In this document: one piece after another, positions 49,396 through 58,886 of the stretch
Position numbering within the stretch: position 1 is the stretch's first letter
Layout of the letters: each line of letters opens with the position of its first letter
IMG/VR virus record: IMGVR_UViG_3300045988_130745
Source of the DNA: a virus
Reading direction: 5' to 3' (one strand)
DNA: 64,000 nt
Translations under genes and position numbers: made by a program
The notes under the pieces: generated by a model
The model's input: the letters and a program-made list of their open reading frames with translations, nothing else
What the model was told of the DNA's origin: nothing
The model's database searches: none

Positions 49396-49471
49396 GGCTC
49401 TGTAGTTCAGTGGCTAGAACAGCGGACTGTCTCTCCGAAGGTCGGGAGTTCGAATCTCCCCAGAGTCGCCA
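49396..49471 (+). tRNA. tRNA-Asp (GUC)
   Basis: Acceptor ggctctg/cagagtc, anticodon loop CTGTCTC, T loop TTCGAAT, CCA encoded. Confidence 0.8.
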
Positions 49472-49741
49472 ATGTAGTTCGGAAGGACTACGAGCCTTGC
49501 GCCTAGGAGATAAGGCGTCAAACTCGCGAGGTTTGGACCTAGATAAGTCGTTAAAAACTGTCCAGTCAACACCGCTAAGACTAGTAAATTTGCGGAGACC
49601 GAGATAGGATGGATTCGAGGTAAACTACCACCGGCGCTTAGCGATATGTGGCTTAGTCATTTGGAATCGGTCTATAAAACAAAGAAAACGAAAGTAACCT
49701 CCAATGGACGTGAGGGATAGTCTGAAAACTCCCTCTTATAT

Positions 49742-49816
49742 GTGCGAGTGGTATAACGGCAATTATTCCTGCCCTCCAAGCAGGTGACGAGGGTTCGACT
49801 CCCTTTTCGCACACCA
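49742..49816 (+). tRNA. tRNA, probably Gly (UCC), with C at position 33
   Basis: Acceptor gtgcgag/ttcgcac, anticodon stem cctgc/gcagg with loop CCTCCAA, T loop TTCGACT, CCA encoded. D arm is weak. Confidence 0.5.
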
Positions 49817-50351
49817 TTAATCAAAGTTTTTAATTAGGTTTAACCCTTTCGAAGGATTATAGCTGAAGTGGAGCAATGCCTGAGCTAGACACGCATTGTA
49901 TGGTACACTGAAACACCAAATAAACCGCGGTATAATAGGTGTTATAATGCCGAACACTTAATTAAAGTAAAAGAACGCCAATCTTTGATTAAATTGGGCT
50001 GGAGTTTATCTCCTTGGTCCACTAATCCAGTGGAATTTCTACTGGCGGCTTTACGACAGACCCGTAAGAAATCTGTCCCTCTGAATAGATACTCGCATAG
50101 CAGCAAACTCTTTCTAGTTGGAAGAATAAAAGTAAGTATTACTTGATAATGCTTTGATCGCTCGCCCATTCAAACTGGGAGTATCTAGTAATAAAAGAGG
50201 TCTGGGATGAATGTGCGAGTAAAATTTTTAATAGCTGGGTTTAGAATGACCGCTATTGAAAATAGGTTTTCATTACCTAAGTGTGAACCTTTGCAGGGCA
50301 GGTATCCTTTGCAAGTATGAATCCTTGTGGGGTGGGTATCCCCTGCTTTAT
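49817..50351 (+). ncRNA. about 535-nt ORF-poor segment between two tRNAs (candidate large structured RNA)
   Basis: No credible + strand ORF even with TAG as sense. Many local inverted repeats. Flanked directly by tRNA genes. Confidence 0.3.
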
Positions 50352-50424
50352 GTCTCCTGAGCTGGGAACTCACGGATGTTTCATAAGCAACCTATGCACA
50401 GTTCGATTCTGTGAGGAGACACCA
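50352..50424 (+). tRNA. tRNA with CAU anticodon (second copy)
   Basis: Acceptor gtctcct/aggagac, anticodon loop TTCATAA, T arm cacag-TTCGATT-ctgtg, CCA encoded. D arm is poor. Confidence 0.55.
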
Positions 50425-50470
50425 TTGGCAAAGTTTGATGTAAAGATAGACACATTACGTTTATGGAGAA

Positions 50471-50503
50471 AAGACCTTAGAGTAAAATCTGAGGTCTTTT
50501 TTT
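50471..50503 (+). terminator. intrinsic terminator
   Basis: Stem aagacctta/tgaggtctt followed by T7. Confidence 0.65.
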
Positions 50504-50504
50504 A

Positions 50505-50533
50505 TTGACTTTAGAACAAATTTATGATATAAT
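50505..50533 (+). promoter_or_regulatory. family promoter
   Basis: TTGACT 50505-50510 and TATAAT 50528-50533. Confidence 0.75.
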
Positions 50534-50564
50534 ATTTATAGAAAATCAAGAGAGGAAGACGAAA

Positions 50565-50789
50565 ATGACAGTTAAAGATTTGCTCGATGTGCTGTGTAAG
50601 TATCAGTGGATTGAGATTGCTGGCGATCGTTATAGTGAAAGTCCTCATTTTGTAGGAACTGTGAAAGATTTGATGAACAATAATGAATATGAGTTCCTTT
50701 GTGCGCAGAAAGTAAATGGAATATTATCTCAAAGTGAGGATAAAAATCATTATATCCTTATTTATTACAATGATTTTGAGTTAGGGTAG
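50565..50789 (+). CDS. hypothetical protein
   Basis: ATG after the AGAGAGGAAG leader. The track ORF start at 50505 lies inside the promoter. Confidence 0.55.
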   Translation: MTVKDLLDVLCKYQWIEIAGDRYSESPHFVGTVKDLMNNNEYEFLCAQKVNGILSQSEDKNHYILIYYNDFELG

Positions 50790-50801
50790 GTGTAGTAATT
50801 T

Positions 50802-51050
50802 ATGTTGGTTAAAGAGTTTATTGCAGCGGCATATCCAGAAGATTTGGAAATTAGTATTCGAGCAAACGCCACGATTGATCGGTATGGAAATAATCCTATG
50901 TATTTTGGAAAAATTAAAGACTTTGGCAAAGAAAAATTCCATGGATACATTGGTGATTTAGAAGTCGCAGGATTCTTTTTGCCTACTGAATTTACGAACA
51001 ATAAAGGATTTATTGATTTATACTATAAGTTAAATTCTTATAACGAATAA
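50802..51050 (+). CDS. hypothetical protein
   Basis: 82-aa ORF. Confidence 0.55.
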   Translation: MLVKEFIAAAYPEDLEISIRANATIDRYGNNPMYFGKIKDFGKEKFHGYIGDLEVAGFFLPTEFTNNKGFIDLYYKLNSYNE

Positions 51051-51062
51051 AAGAGAAAACTG

Positions 51063-51272
51063 ATGAAAATTAAAAAGCTATTTAAAATCTTCCCAAGTGT
51101 CGAAAGAATTAGAATTATTGATAATATTACTTTTAAAGAACTTTATTCTGGCGATATGGGCCACTTGCCTGGTGGACTTCTTGAGTTTTCTATAGATTGC
51201 GCGAGAAGTGCAATTGATTTGAAAGAGAATAAACCAATGCTGTACGTCTATATAAGAAAGGCAGAAGAATGA
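51063..51272 (+). CDS. hypothetical protein
   Basis: 69-aa ORF. Confidence 0.55.
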   Translation: MKIKKLFKIFPSVERIRIIDNITFKELYSGDMGHLPGGLLEFSIDCARSAIDLKENKPMLYVYIRKAEE

Positions 51273-51487
51273 TTTTTAATGGGAAAAAAGTTGGAGAACT
51301 TCATCATTTAACTTTTCGCCACAATAAATTCCCTAATAAGCAAAATTTTGATCCAACTGATTTATTTGGCGTAAAGAAATTTTTATATGAACATCCCGAA
51401 GTTAATGTACTTGACTTTTCACAATTTTGCTCAGACGGTGTGGTTTATACTACTATTTGGTATACTGTCCCGCGCGATCAAAATTAA
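51269..51487 (+). CDS. hypothetical protein
   Basis: 72-aa ORF with an ATGA overlap. Confidence 0.55.
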   Translation: MIFNGKKVGELHHLTFRHNKFPNKQNFDPTDLFGVKKFLYEHPEVNVLDFSQFCSDGVVYTTIWYTVPRDQN

Positions 51488-51506
51488 ACTCAAAAGGAGG
51501 AGCATT

Positions 51507-51698
51507 ATGGAAATGTTTGTTTGGACTTTGTATTACACGTATACTAAGGACGGTAAATCCACTCGACGAGTTTCTACCATTAATGCTCCTACTCTTGGAC
51601 GAGCATTTCAAATTTTGCGTCATCGAATGATTAAGAATCCTGATGAACATATTACTAATTTATGCGCCAAGCGCAAGAAAATTGAGAAAGAGGATTAA
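51507..51698 (+). CDS. hypothetical protein
   Basis: AAAGGAGGAG SD, then an ATG at 51507 inside track ORF 51387-51698. Confidence 0.5.
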   Translation: MEMFVWTLYYTYTKDGKSTRRVSTINAPTLGRAFQILRHRMIKNPDEHITNLCAKRKKIEKED

Positions 51699-51699
51699 A

Positions 51700-52209
51700 G
51701 TGAAAGAATTTTTAAAAACGGCAATATCAGTTATTCTGTCAGCTATAATTATTTTTGGGTGTTGTTTTTACACTTATGCCGATAGGGAATTGCCTGGTAG
51801 GACAAAACAAATTACTGTCACGTCAGAATATAATGACAATGTGACTATTAAAAAGTTGGCTAAGCAATATCGAGAAGCGTGGAAAGAGGGAACGGATTTT
51901 TCTCCCGCCGCGAAAAGAATGGATTTGAAGTTTGAAGGTAAAATTAAAGCTGACCAAATTTCTGTCTCTGAAGATGGACGATTGATTGTTTCTACCGAAG
52001 ATTTTTATTGGGACTATGGCGGAATTCCTGGTTTCTTTGTCGTTGCTAATACTGAAAGTGATCCTTCTCCCTATGGCGCAAAGATTGTAATTTATCTCAA
52101 TAGCACTAATCAAAAAAAGTTCAGTACAGGGCAGACTATTAAATTTAAAGCTGACTTTTGGGGCATGGATGGACGTACAATGGTTTTAACGAATGGAGTA
52201 CTTGAATAA
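51700..52209 (+). CDS. hypothetical secreted or membrane-anchored protein
   Basis: GTG after GAGG. N-terminal hydrophobic segment AISVILSAIIIFGCCFY. Confidence 0.5.
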   Translation: MKEFLKTAISVILSAIIIFGCCFYTYADRELPGRTKQITVTSEYNDNVTIKKLAKQYREAWKEGTDFSPAAKRMDLKFEGKIKADQISVSEDGRLIVSTEDFYWDYGGIPGFFVVANTESDPSPYGAKIVIYLNSTNQKKFSTGQTIKFKADFWGMDGRTMVLTNGVLE

Positions 52210-52838
52210 TGCTTTTGCTTTTGATTGTCCATGTTATAATTTTTGTTATAATGGGAATTATTTCTGCTTTATGCGGCGTGACATATGACGAAGATGAATT
52301 TATGTCTATGGTATGTCCTTTTATTGGAATTGCCACAACTATTTATGCTATTCCAACAGCAATAGAAAAGAAATTAGATAAATATGATTTGATTGATGTT
52401 GATTTTGAGGATTCAAATGATAATATTATCCGAGAAAATGCCAGGTCGATTCATATAGACCATAAAGTATGCTTGTCTTACAAACAGTTTGTCGATTTTT
52501 ATTCTGTTAATCCAGCACGCTGGGACGTTACTAAGCAAAGGTGTCCTGAAAGACGTTATTTGAGATTTAAAAATGGCGAGACTTGGTACTGGATTTATTT
52601 TAAAACTGCTAAGGAATATAAGGCCGCAGTAAAATATTATTATATGCGAGAAGAAGTAAAAAATGGTTCTCACGCAGTTGATTATGACTCGCAAGAAAAA
52701 GAAAAACTCGATAAAGATACAGTTGCTTTGCTTCGTTGCGTCCAAACTGATATTAATAAAATTAAATTTCAGGCTGAATCTGAAATCAATGAAGCTACTG
52801 GCGGCATCCAGAAAATTTCAGAACGTCTAAATAATTAA
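52209..52838 (+). CDS. hypothetical membrane protein
   Basis: Two N-terminal hydrophobic helices. TAATG overlap. Confidence 0.55.
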   Translation: MLLLLIVHVIIFVIMGIISALCGVTYDEDEFMSMVCPFIGIATTIYAIPTAIEKKLDKYDLIDVDFEDSNDNIIRENARSIHIDHKVCLSYKQFVDFYSVNPARWDVTKQRCPERRYLRFKNGETWYWIYFKTAKEYKAAVKYYYMREEVKNGSHAVDYDSQEKEKLDKDTVALLRCVQTDINKIKFQAESEINEATGGIQKISERLNN

Positions 52839-52842
52839 TTTT

Positions 52843-52876
52843 AAGTCAATAGGTATCTAGCCTATTGACTTTTTTG
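52843..52876 (+). terminator. hairpin terminator overlapping the next -35 box
   Basis: Stem aagtcaatagg/cctattgactt followed by T6. Confidence 0.6.
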
Positions 52877-52893
52877 TTTATATATGATATAAT
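52865..52893 (+). promoter_or_regulatory. family promoter
   Basis: TTGACT 52865-52870 and TATAAT 52888-52893. Confidence 0.75.
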
Positions 52894-52926
52894 ATTTATA
52901 GAAAATGAGAAAGGAAGAATGATGGA

Positions 52927-53748
52927 ATGGTAATGAAAGAACTTGCTACTTTTGATGAAAATGTTTTTAATCAGATGATGCGTCATGTCAAGTTCGCGCA
53001 GTTAAAAGGTTATGACGTAATTGTAGCGTCTATTTACGGCTCTCAGAATTACGCGCTTGAGACTGAAGAATCTGATGTCGATTCTTATCTGATTGTCATG
53101 CCTTCTCTTGAAGATTTGGCTTTGAATCGTAAGCCTGTTTCAAAAGAATTGATGTACGTTGACGAAAATGGCACTCCCAATGGCGAGCATATCGTAGTTA
53201 AAGATTTTCGTATTTTTGTTGAAGCACTGATGAATGCGGATTTCCATGCCCTTGAAGTCGCAAGTTCTAAATATACTACTATTATGCGTTGGACTGATGC
53301 TGGCGAAGGAGTAAATCCTTTTGAGGATATGGATTGTTTTACTGCGGTTTTATTTAAGTTTTACTGGCGCGTGGTGAATTGCCTTGAGGGCGCGCTCAAG
53401 AGTAAGAAGTTTGAACGGTTGGATTGGGATAAGAAAGGCGACCGCAAAACTCTCGTTGATATTGTTTTGCATTATTTTGTTTTTCTCCATGCTTTTGAGC
53501 GAGACGAGTATCCTTATTCTACTTATTCTAAAAATTTGCGTGATGCTCTTCTTGAAATTAAAAATGGTTCAATGTCTAAAGAAGATGCTCTTGCAATGTT
53601 TGATTTAAATACCATGCTCTATAACGTGCGCGACCGTTGGGAGCATGACCAGCCCGCAGACAAAGGTAAAACTGAAAATCAGCTTCGTAAAGAGTTAAAT
53701 CAAATGCTGATTAATCAGTTTGAAGCAAAATTTGAGGAGTTGAAATAA
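52927..53748 (+). CDS. Pol-beta-superfamily nucleotidyltransferase (type often linked to RNA-repair loci)
   Basis: IYGSQNYALETEESDVDSYLIV fits the GS-x-YG...SD-x-D nucleotidyltransferase signature. Confidence 0.6.
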   Translation: MVMKELATFDENVFNQMMRHVKFAQLKGYDVIVASIYGSQNYALETEESDVDSYLIVMPSLEDLALNRKPVSKELMYVDENGTPNGEHIVVKDFRIFVEALMNADFHALEVASSKYTTIMRWTDAGEGVNPFEDMDCFTAVLFKFYWRVVNCLEGALKSKKFERLDWDKKGDRKTLVDIVLHYFVFLHAFERDEYPYSTYSKNLRDALLEIKNGSMSKEDALAMFDLNTMLYNVRDRWEHDQPADKGKTENQLRKELNQMLINQFEAKFEELK

Positions 53749-54128
53749 TGAGTCATCCTCGAACTCGTGCAGAACGTCGAGTTGCAAAAAGAAAAGAATT
53801 TAATAGGAAATACTTTTTAAGCCAGAATACTGGCTACCCGGCACCTTATTTTTTAACTTATGCTCGGAACAAAGGTCGGCGTCGGACTTTACACACTAAA
53901 CCTCCTGTTGATTATGATTTTAAAGTACCTGGAGAGTATAGAGATTATTATTCTTGGCGCGGAAAGTACAGAGCTGAAAAAATTTATTTTCGTCAGCTTG
54001 GTCATGCCAGTCGTTATCATTATTTCAAGAGAAAAGCGAATCAAGCTGTGCGTAGGAGCAAGAATTTTTCGACTCGAAAGAGTAATGATTATCGTAAAGT
54101 TTATGAATATGCTTGGATGGTGGATTAA
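53748..54128 (+). CDS. hypothetical highly basic protein
   Basis: 126 aa, rich in Arg, Lys and Tyr. TAATG overlap. Confidence 0.55.
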   Translation: MSHPRTRAERRVAKRKEFNRKYFLSQNTGYPAPYFLTYARNKGRRRTLHTKPPVDYDFKVPGEYRDYYSWRGKYRAEKIYFRQLGHASRYHYFKRKANQAVRRSKNFSTRKSNDYRKVYEYAWMVD

Positions 54129-54424
54129 TGGATAATTATATTGTAAGTGTTTCGCTTCCCGCCGCACCGGTAATGACTCCTCAAGGGGTAACTTTGCCGA
54201 CTGATAGTTTAGTAACTTTCTTTTGTTCTTGCGGCGGGCGCATTGATTTTGCTAATGCGAATATTGCTAGTGAAGCAGTTAATGAGGATAAAATTGTTTG
54301 TCCCCAATGTTTTCAAAAGCATAAAAGAAAAGATTACATGTGGCTGTTTAGTGGGAAAGGACAATTTATCACCCTGCCGCAATCAATGTACAAAGAGGTA
54401 GAAAATGAAAACGAAGAAGAATGA
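54128..54424 (+). CDS. hypothetical zinc-ribbon protein
   Basis: CSCGG...CPQC pairs. TAATG start inside track ORF 54113-54424. Confidence 0.5.
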   Translation: MDNYIVSVSLPAAPVMTPQGVTLPTDSLVTFFCSCGGRIDFANANIASEAVNEDKIVCPQCFQKHKRKDYMWLFSGKGQFITLPQSMYKEVENENEEE

Positions 54425-54602
54425 TAATTTTCAGTTGACTCCCGATGGGAAGAGATTTAAAAATTACCTGACAGATATGTTGAACGGTGAGCAGTATAGA
54501 GTGGCCCTTTTTGAAGAGAATATTAAAGAATTGGGTGATAAAATGGGGCTTGAGCGTATGGATATGATTAAGGCTTTTCTGGAAGTAATGGAGGAACTTT
54601 AA
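54405..54602 (+). CDS. hypothetical protein
   Basis: 65-aa ORF. Confidence 0.45.
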   Translation: MKTKKNDNFQLTPDGKRFKNYLTDMLNGEQYRVALFEENIKELGDKMGLERMDMIKAFLEVMEEL

Positions 54603-54988
54603 TGGCTTATTTGATTTTGTTTTCGATGCTGTTTCTTCATTTGATTGCTGATTATAACCTTCAAGGTGTACTCGCGCAATTTAAACAGAAAAAGTGGTGG
54701 AAAGAGAATTACCCGCAGGCTCAGTATAAGAACGACTGGATGATTGCTCTTGTTGAACATTCTTTTATGTGGAGCTTTTTGGTTTGTTTGCCGTTGTTGG
54801 GCTATATGGGAATGACTAGTGGATGGAATGAGGCTGGTTGGCTGTTTAGCGCGCTGGTTGGATTCAACACGGTGGTTCACGCGATGGTGGATAATGAGAA
54901 GGCCAATAAAGGAACTTTTAATTTGATTGAGGATCAGCTGGTACATTTTGTTCAGATTTGGACGAGTTGGATGTTACTTTTTCATTGA
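54602..54988 (+). CDS. hypothetical membrane protein (DUF3307-like)
   Basis: LHLIADYNLQG and HSFMW motifs with hydrophobic helices. Confidence 0.45.
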   Translation: MAYLILFSMLFLHLIADYNLQGVLAQFKQKKWWKENYPQAQYKNDWMIALVEHSFMWSFLVCLPLLGYMGMTSGWNEAGWLFSALVGFNTVVHAMVDNEKANKGTFNLIEDQLVHFVQIWTSWMLLFH

Positions 54989-54999
54989 GGTGAATATCA

Positions 55000-55245
55000 A
55001 TGGAAAAAGATTATTTTAAAATATCTCGTAATGAATTAAGGCGACTTCTTATCTTAGAAATGTATTTTGATGCAATTATAAAATTATCTCCTGTTGGAGA
55101 TTTTTATGGAGAATTGTATAAAAATACAACTGGAGAAGAATTAGAAGAAGAGCTTTCTCAAGATGAATGTCGAGAAAAAGCAAATATGGCGGTTGAAGAG
55201 AAATCTTCAGAAATTATAAGAACTAAATTTGAGAGCTTAGAGTAA
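55000..55245 (+). CDS. hypothetical protein (paralog of 60694-60993)
   Basis: DFYGELYKNTTGEELEEE parallels DFYGEIYRGLTGEELTIP in the other copy. Confidence 0.55.
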   Translation: MEKDYFKISRNELRRLLILEMYFDAIIKLSPVGDFYGELYKNTTGEELEEELSQDECREKANMAVEEKSSEIIRTKFESLE

Positions 55246-55262
55246 AATCTAAGCTCTTTTTT
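55233..55262 (+). terminator. intrinsic terminator
   Basis: Stem agagcttag/ctaagctct followed by T6. Confidence 0.65.
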
Positions 55263-55289
55263 GACATAAACATAATTTTATGTTATAAT
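55261..55289 (+). promoter_or_regulatory. sigma70-type promoter of cluster B (TTGACA variant)
   Basis: TTGACA 55261-55266, 17-nt spacer, TGTTATAAT. Lacks the family ATTTATAGAAA tail. Confidence 0.65.
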
Positions 55290-55311
55290 GATTATAAAAG
55301 GGGTGAAACAA

Positions 55312-55848
55312 ATGGCTTGGACTTAGGGTGGGGCAATAGGAGCTTCTGAAGTTAATAATTGGTATACTAGTCTTAATAAAACTATTGGAAGTTATGGCGG
55401 TGGAATTGCATAGCTATCTAATCCTATAAGAGCGGGAAGAGACGTATATGCTTCTGATTTAAATAATTTAATAACTAAATTAAACGAATTAAAAAGAGAC
55501 GAATATTTAAGCTAGGCAAGTTATGGTAGTTATAGCTCAGTTTCTGTTGGATAGATTATTCGCGCATCAGATTGGACTGGAATAAATTCAAGTATTTCTA
55601 GTTTGACTGGTGTAAAATGTCGGAATAGAGCTACTTATACAAATGGCGCATCTACAACTACTAATGGTAATGGAGTATGTCGGCAAGGCTATGATAGTAA
55701 TGGAACAGATTAGAATGGCGGAATGTGGGCGAATACTTGCACGAACGGTTGGTATGATAATTCTTCAAATTCTCATGGCACAAATAGCGCTAGTCCAAAT
55801 CGTAATGGCAGTAGGGTAGATATATGGTGTCAAAATAGCACGGGGTAA
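55312..55848 (+). CDS. Gly/Ser/Asn-rich protein with C-terminal Cys residues (candidate substrate of cluster B)
   Basis: 178 aa, with six in-frame TAG, so invisible in the ORF track. GASEVNNWYTSL and IRASDWTGINSSI echo EASDWNNLADAY of the protein at 5978-6625. C-terminal region has 5 Cys among N/G/S/T. Confidence 0.6.
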
Positions 55849-55850
55849 AA

Positions 55851-57197
55851 ATGAATAAAAAAGATACTGCAATTTTTTATAGCTGCGGAATTTGTAATTT
55901 AAATTGCAATTATTGCTGTATAGATAAAAATCCAATTTTGAAAGAGATAGATAAAGAATTAGGAGAAAGTTTTTAGGGAGACTATTATTTTAATCAAGTA
56001 AAAAAATATTTCCCATTACCAGGTTCTCTTCGCCAAATTGAAACTTGGGGAGGCGAACCATTTTTAAAAATGGAACGAATGCATAATTTAATTCGTCAAT
56101 TATGCGATTATTATTTTTATTTTAATAGTTTTTATAGTTCTACAAATTTCTCATTTCCTCAATGGGCAGATAAAGTTTTAGATCTATTGAAGGTTTTTGG
56201 GGAATTTTCTCCGCGTCGCTTTACGATACATTTACAGCTTTCTATTGACGGACCAGAATATATTAATGACAGAAATAGAGGCATTGGGACTACTCAAAAA
56301 TGTTTAAATAATTTTAATATTTTGATTTCTCGTTTGCCAAATGAGTTGCCTAAAAATATAAATTTGATAATTACAACTAAAGAAACTTTAGATAATTCTT
56401 CTATTATGGCTTTAGATTCTAAAAATAAAGTCATAGAATATTATCAATTTATTGAAAATAATTTTATTAGAAAAATAGATTTACTTAATTTGGACAATGT
56501 TAAAATAGAATTTTGTATTCCTAATACAGCAGATCCTTCTCCAGTTACAAAAGAAATAGGAAAGCATTTTGCAAATATCTGTAAATGGTGCAGAGAAATA
56601 GAACAAGAAAATGAAAAATATGGCTATTTTAGATATTATAAATCAATTACTCCTTTTTCTTAGAATGTTGACAATTTAAAATTGTCTTATAATTATCCAA
56701 ATTACACTTGCGGGACTGGTTATAATATGATTGGATTTTTACCGAATAATATGATTGCTAGTTGTCATGAAAGTTTTGTTTACTTAATTGAAAAATATAA
56801 AGATTTTGCAAAAGAATAGATGTCAACTGAAGTAGATAAAACCATTAATTTTAATAATTTTATTTCTAATTGTAATGCTTGTAAAATGTGTATGTCCGAG
56901 AAAAATTTCCCTGAGCATGAAAGATGTATGTCGTATTATAATCAATCTAATACGATGTTTAGATTAGCAAATATTACAAATGAAATTATGTGTTTAGCAT
57001 TGGCAAAACAAATAGATCCTAAATATGCTGAAGAAGAAAAAGCTCTTTCTGCGGCGATTTATCTTCAATCCGCTACCGCTTACTGTATAAAAAATAATTA
57101 TGAAATGACAGGAAGCTATAGTTTAGTTTCAGATGGGATATTAAAATTATTATTTAACGGAGCAGCAGATATTATTGAGGGAATAAATGATGTATAA
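55851..57197 (+). CDS. radical SAM enzyme B1
   Basis: YSCGICNLNCNYCC gives the CxxxCxxC motif and WGGEPFL is present. Track ORFs 56070-56663 and 56820-57197 are in frame (449 codons) and join through TAG. Confidence 0.75.
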
Positions 57198-58606
57198 CGC
57201 AATAACAAACAAAAGAATATATCAAGAAGAGCAAAATGAATTATTATATAATCTTTTGTAGAAAAGATTTTTTCAATTCTGGGAAAAACCTGAACTTTTC
57301 CAAGATAATACTTCTTTGAGTAATAATTCTAATATAGAACTATTTATTACTCCATATTGTAACCAATCTTGTTCTTATTGTTATTTAGTTAAATATCCAG
57401 AATTATATCCTAAAGGAATTTCGAATGATAAAATTTTAGAAAATTTAAAAATTTTTTTAAATTGGATTAACGAAAAAAATTTTTATCTTCCCGATATTGA
57501 TTTATTTTCTGGAGAAATTTGGCATACAAAATTAGGTTTTGATATTTTAGATATAATTTTAGATTATTGTAAAAATAATAAATTAAAAATTAAGCAATTA
57601 ATGATTCCAACAAATGGAACGTTTTTAAAATCAGATGAAACTTTTTATAAAATGCAAAATTTTATAGATGATTTTAAAGAAATAGGCGTTCGGCTTTGTA
57701 TTTCTTTATCAATTGATGGAGCAATTATAGAAAATAAAACACGTCCTTTGAATAATAAAGAATTAAAAACAGATTCTTTTTATGAGAGAGCTTTTGCATT
57801 TGCTAAATATAATAATTTTGCCTTTCATCCAATGATAAGTGCGGTTTCTGTAAAAGACTGGGTGGAAAATTATAAATGGTGGAAATCAGAATGTAAAAAA
57901 TATGATTTGAATATTTATGATTTAATGATGCTAGAAGTGAGAAATAGTGATTGGACAGAAGAATCAATTCAAGATTATAATCATTTTTTAAATTTTTTAT
58001 TACAAGATTTTTTATCTGATTGTAAATCTGTTGATGAAGCAGTTCAATGTCTATTCAATTTAAGTCCTTCTATAAAAAAATCAATAAATTTAAACAATAA
58101 TAATTATTTACCCTATGCTATTACTAAAAGTAATACATATCCTGCTTGTACTATTGCCACACACCTCTGTGTAAGGTTAGGAGATTTAGCTATTTCTCCA
58201 TGCCATAGAGCTGGATATGAAAAAAAATATTTATGGATATTTTCAAATTGAAAACAATAGAATTGTTGGTATAAAAGCGAATAACCCTTATATGGCAATG
58301 AGAATTTTATTTGGTAATAATACTATTTGTTCTCCAAAATGTGACACTTGCGATTTTAATAAAGTTTGTTTACAAGGCTGTTTTGGCGCGCAAATGGAAT
58401 ATAATCAAGATCCTTTTATGCCAATCCCCGAAGTATGCACTTTCTTTAAAAGTAAATATATTAATCTTGTAAGACAATATAAAAAATTAGGGATTTTAAA
58501 TGCTTTAGAAAAATATCATTCTTTAGAATGCATCCAATATCCTATGGCACATTTTGTTTTAAATTTTTGCAATGGAGTGCTAGATAAATATGGCATGGAA
58601 TCTTGA
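57187..58606 (+). CDS. radical SAM / SPASM enzyme B2, split by a frameshift in an A8 run
   Basis: ELFITPYCNQSCSYCY gives the CxxxCxxC motif. The C-terminal CDTCDFNKVCLQGC (SPASM-like) lies in track ORF 58217-58606, in the next frame. Removing one A at 58220-58227 fuses ...SPCHRAGYEK to NIYGYFQIENN... Confidence 0.65.
58220..58227 (+). repeat. homopolymer A8 at the B2 frameshift site
   Basis: Read directly from the sequence. Confidence 0.9.
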
Positions 58607-58886
58607 CACTATTTTTAATTTAGGTCCTATATTTTCTTTAGAATATGGCAATATTACTAAAGAAGATTTTGTAAATTAGGATATTAAAAGTATGTCTTTT
58701 GATTGTTGTACTCTTGAAAGACAAATGCTAGGAAGTATCGAACGGACTTTTATAAAAGAGGATGGCACAGTTAAAAGGGAAAAGGTTTATAATCTCTATC
58801 CAGAAGGAGCATTAAAGCAATCTTCAAGGTGCCTGAACGCATTTGGGGAAACCGTTTTTAATTGGGAGAATAAAAATGAATTTTAA
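58590..58886 (+). CDS. hypothetical small protein of cluster B
   Basis: ATG at 58590. One TAG joins it to track ORF 58692-58886. 98 aa. Confidence 0.4.
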
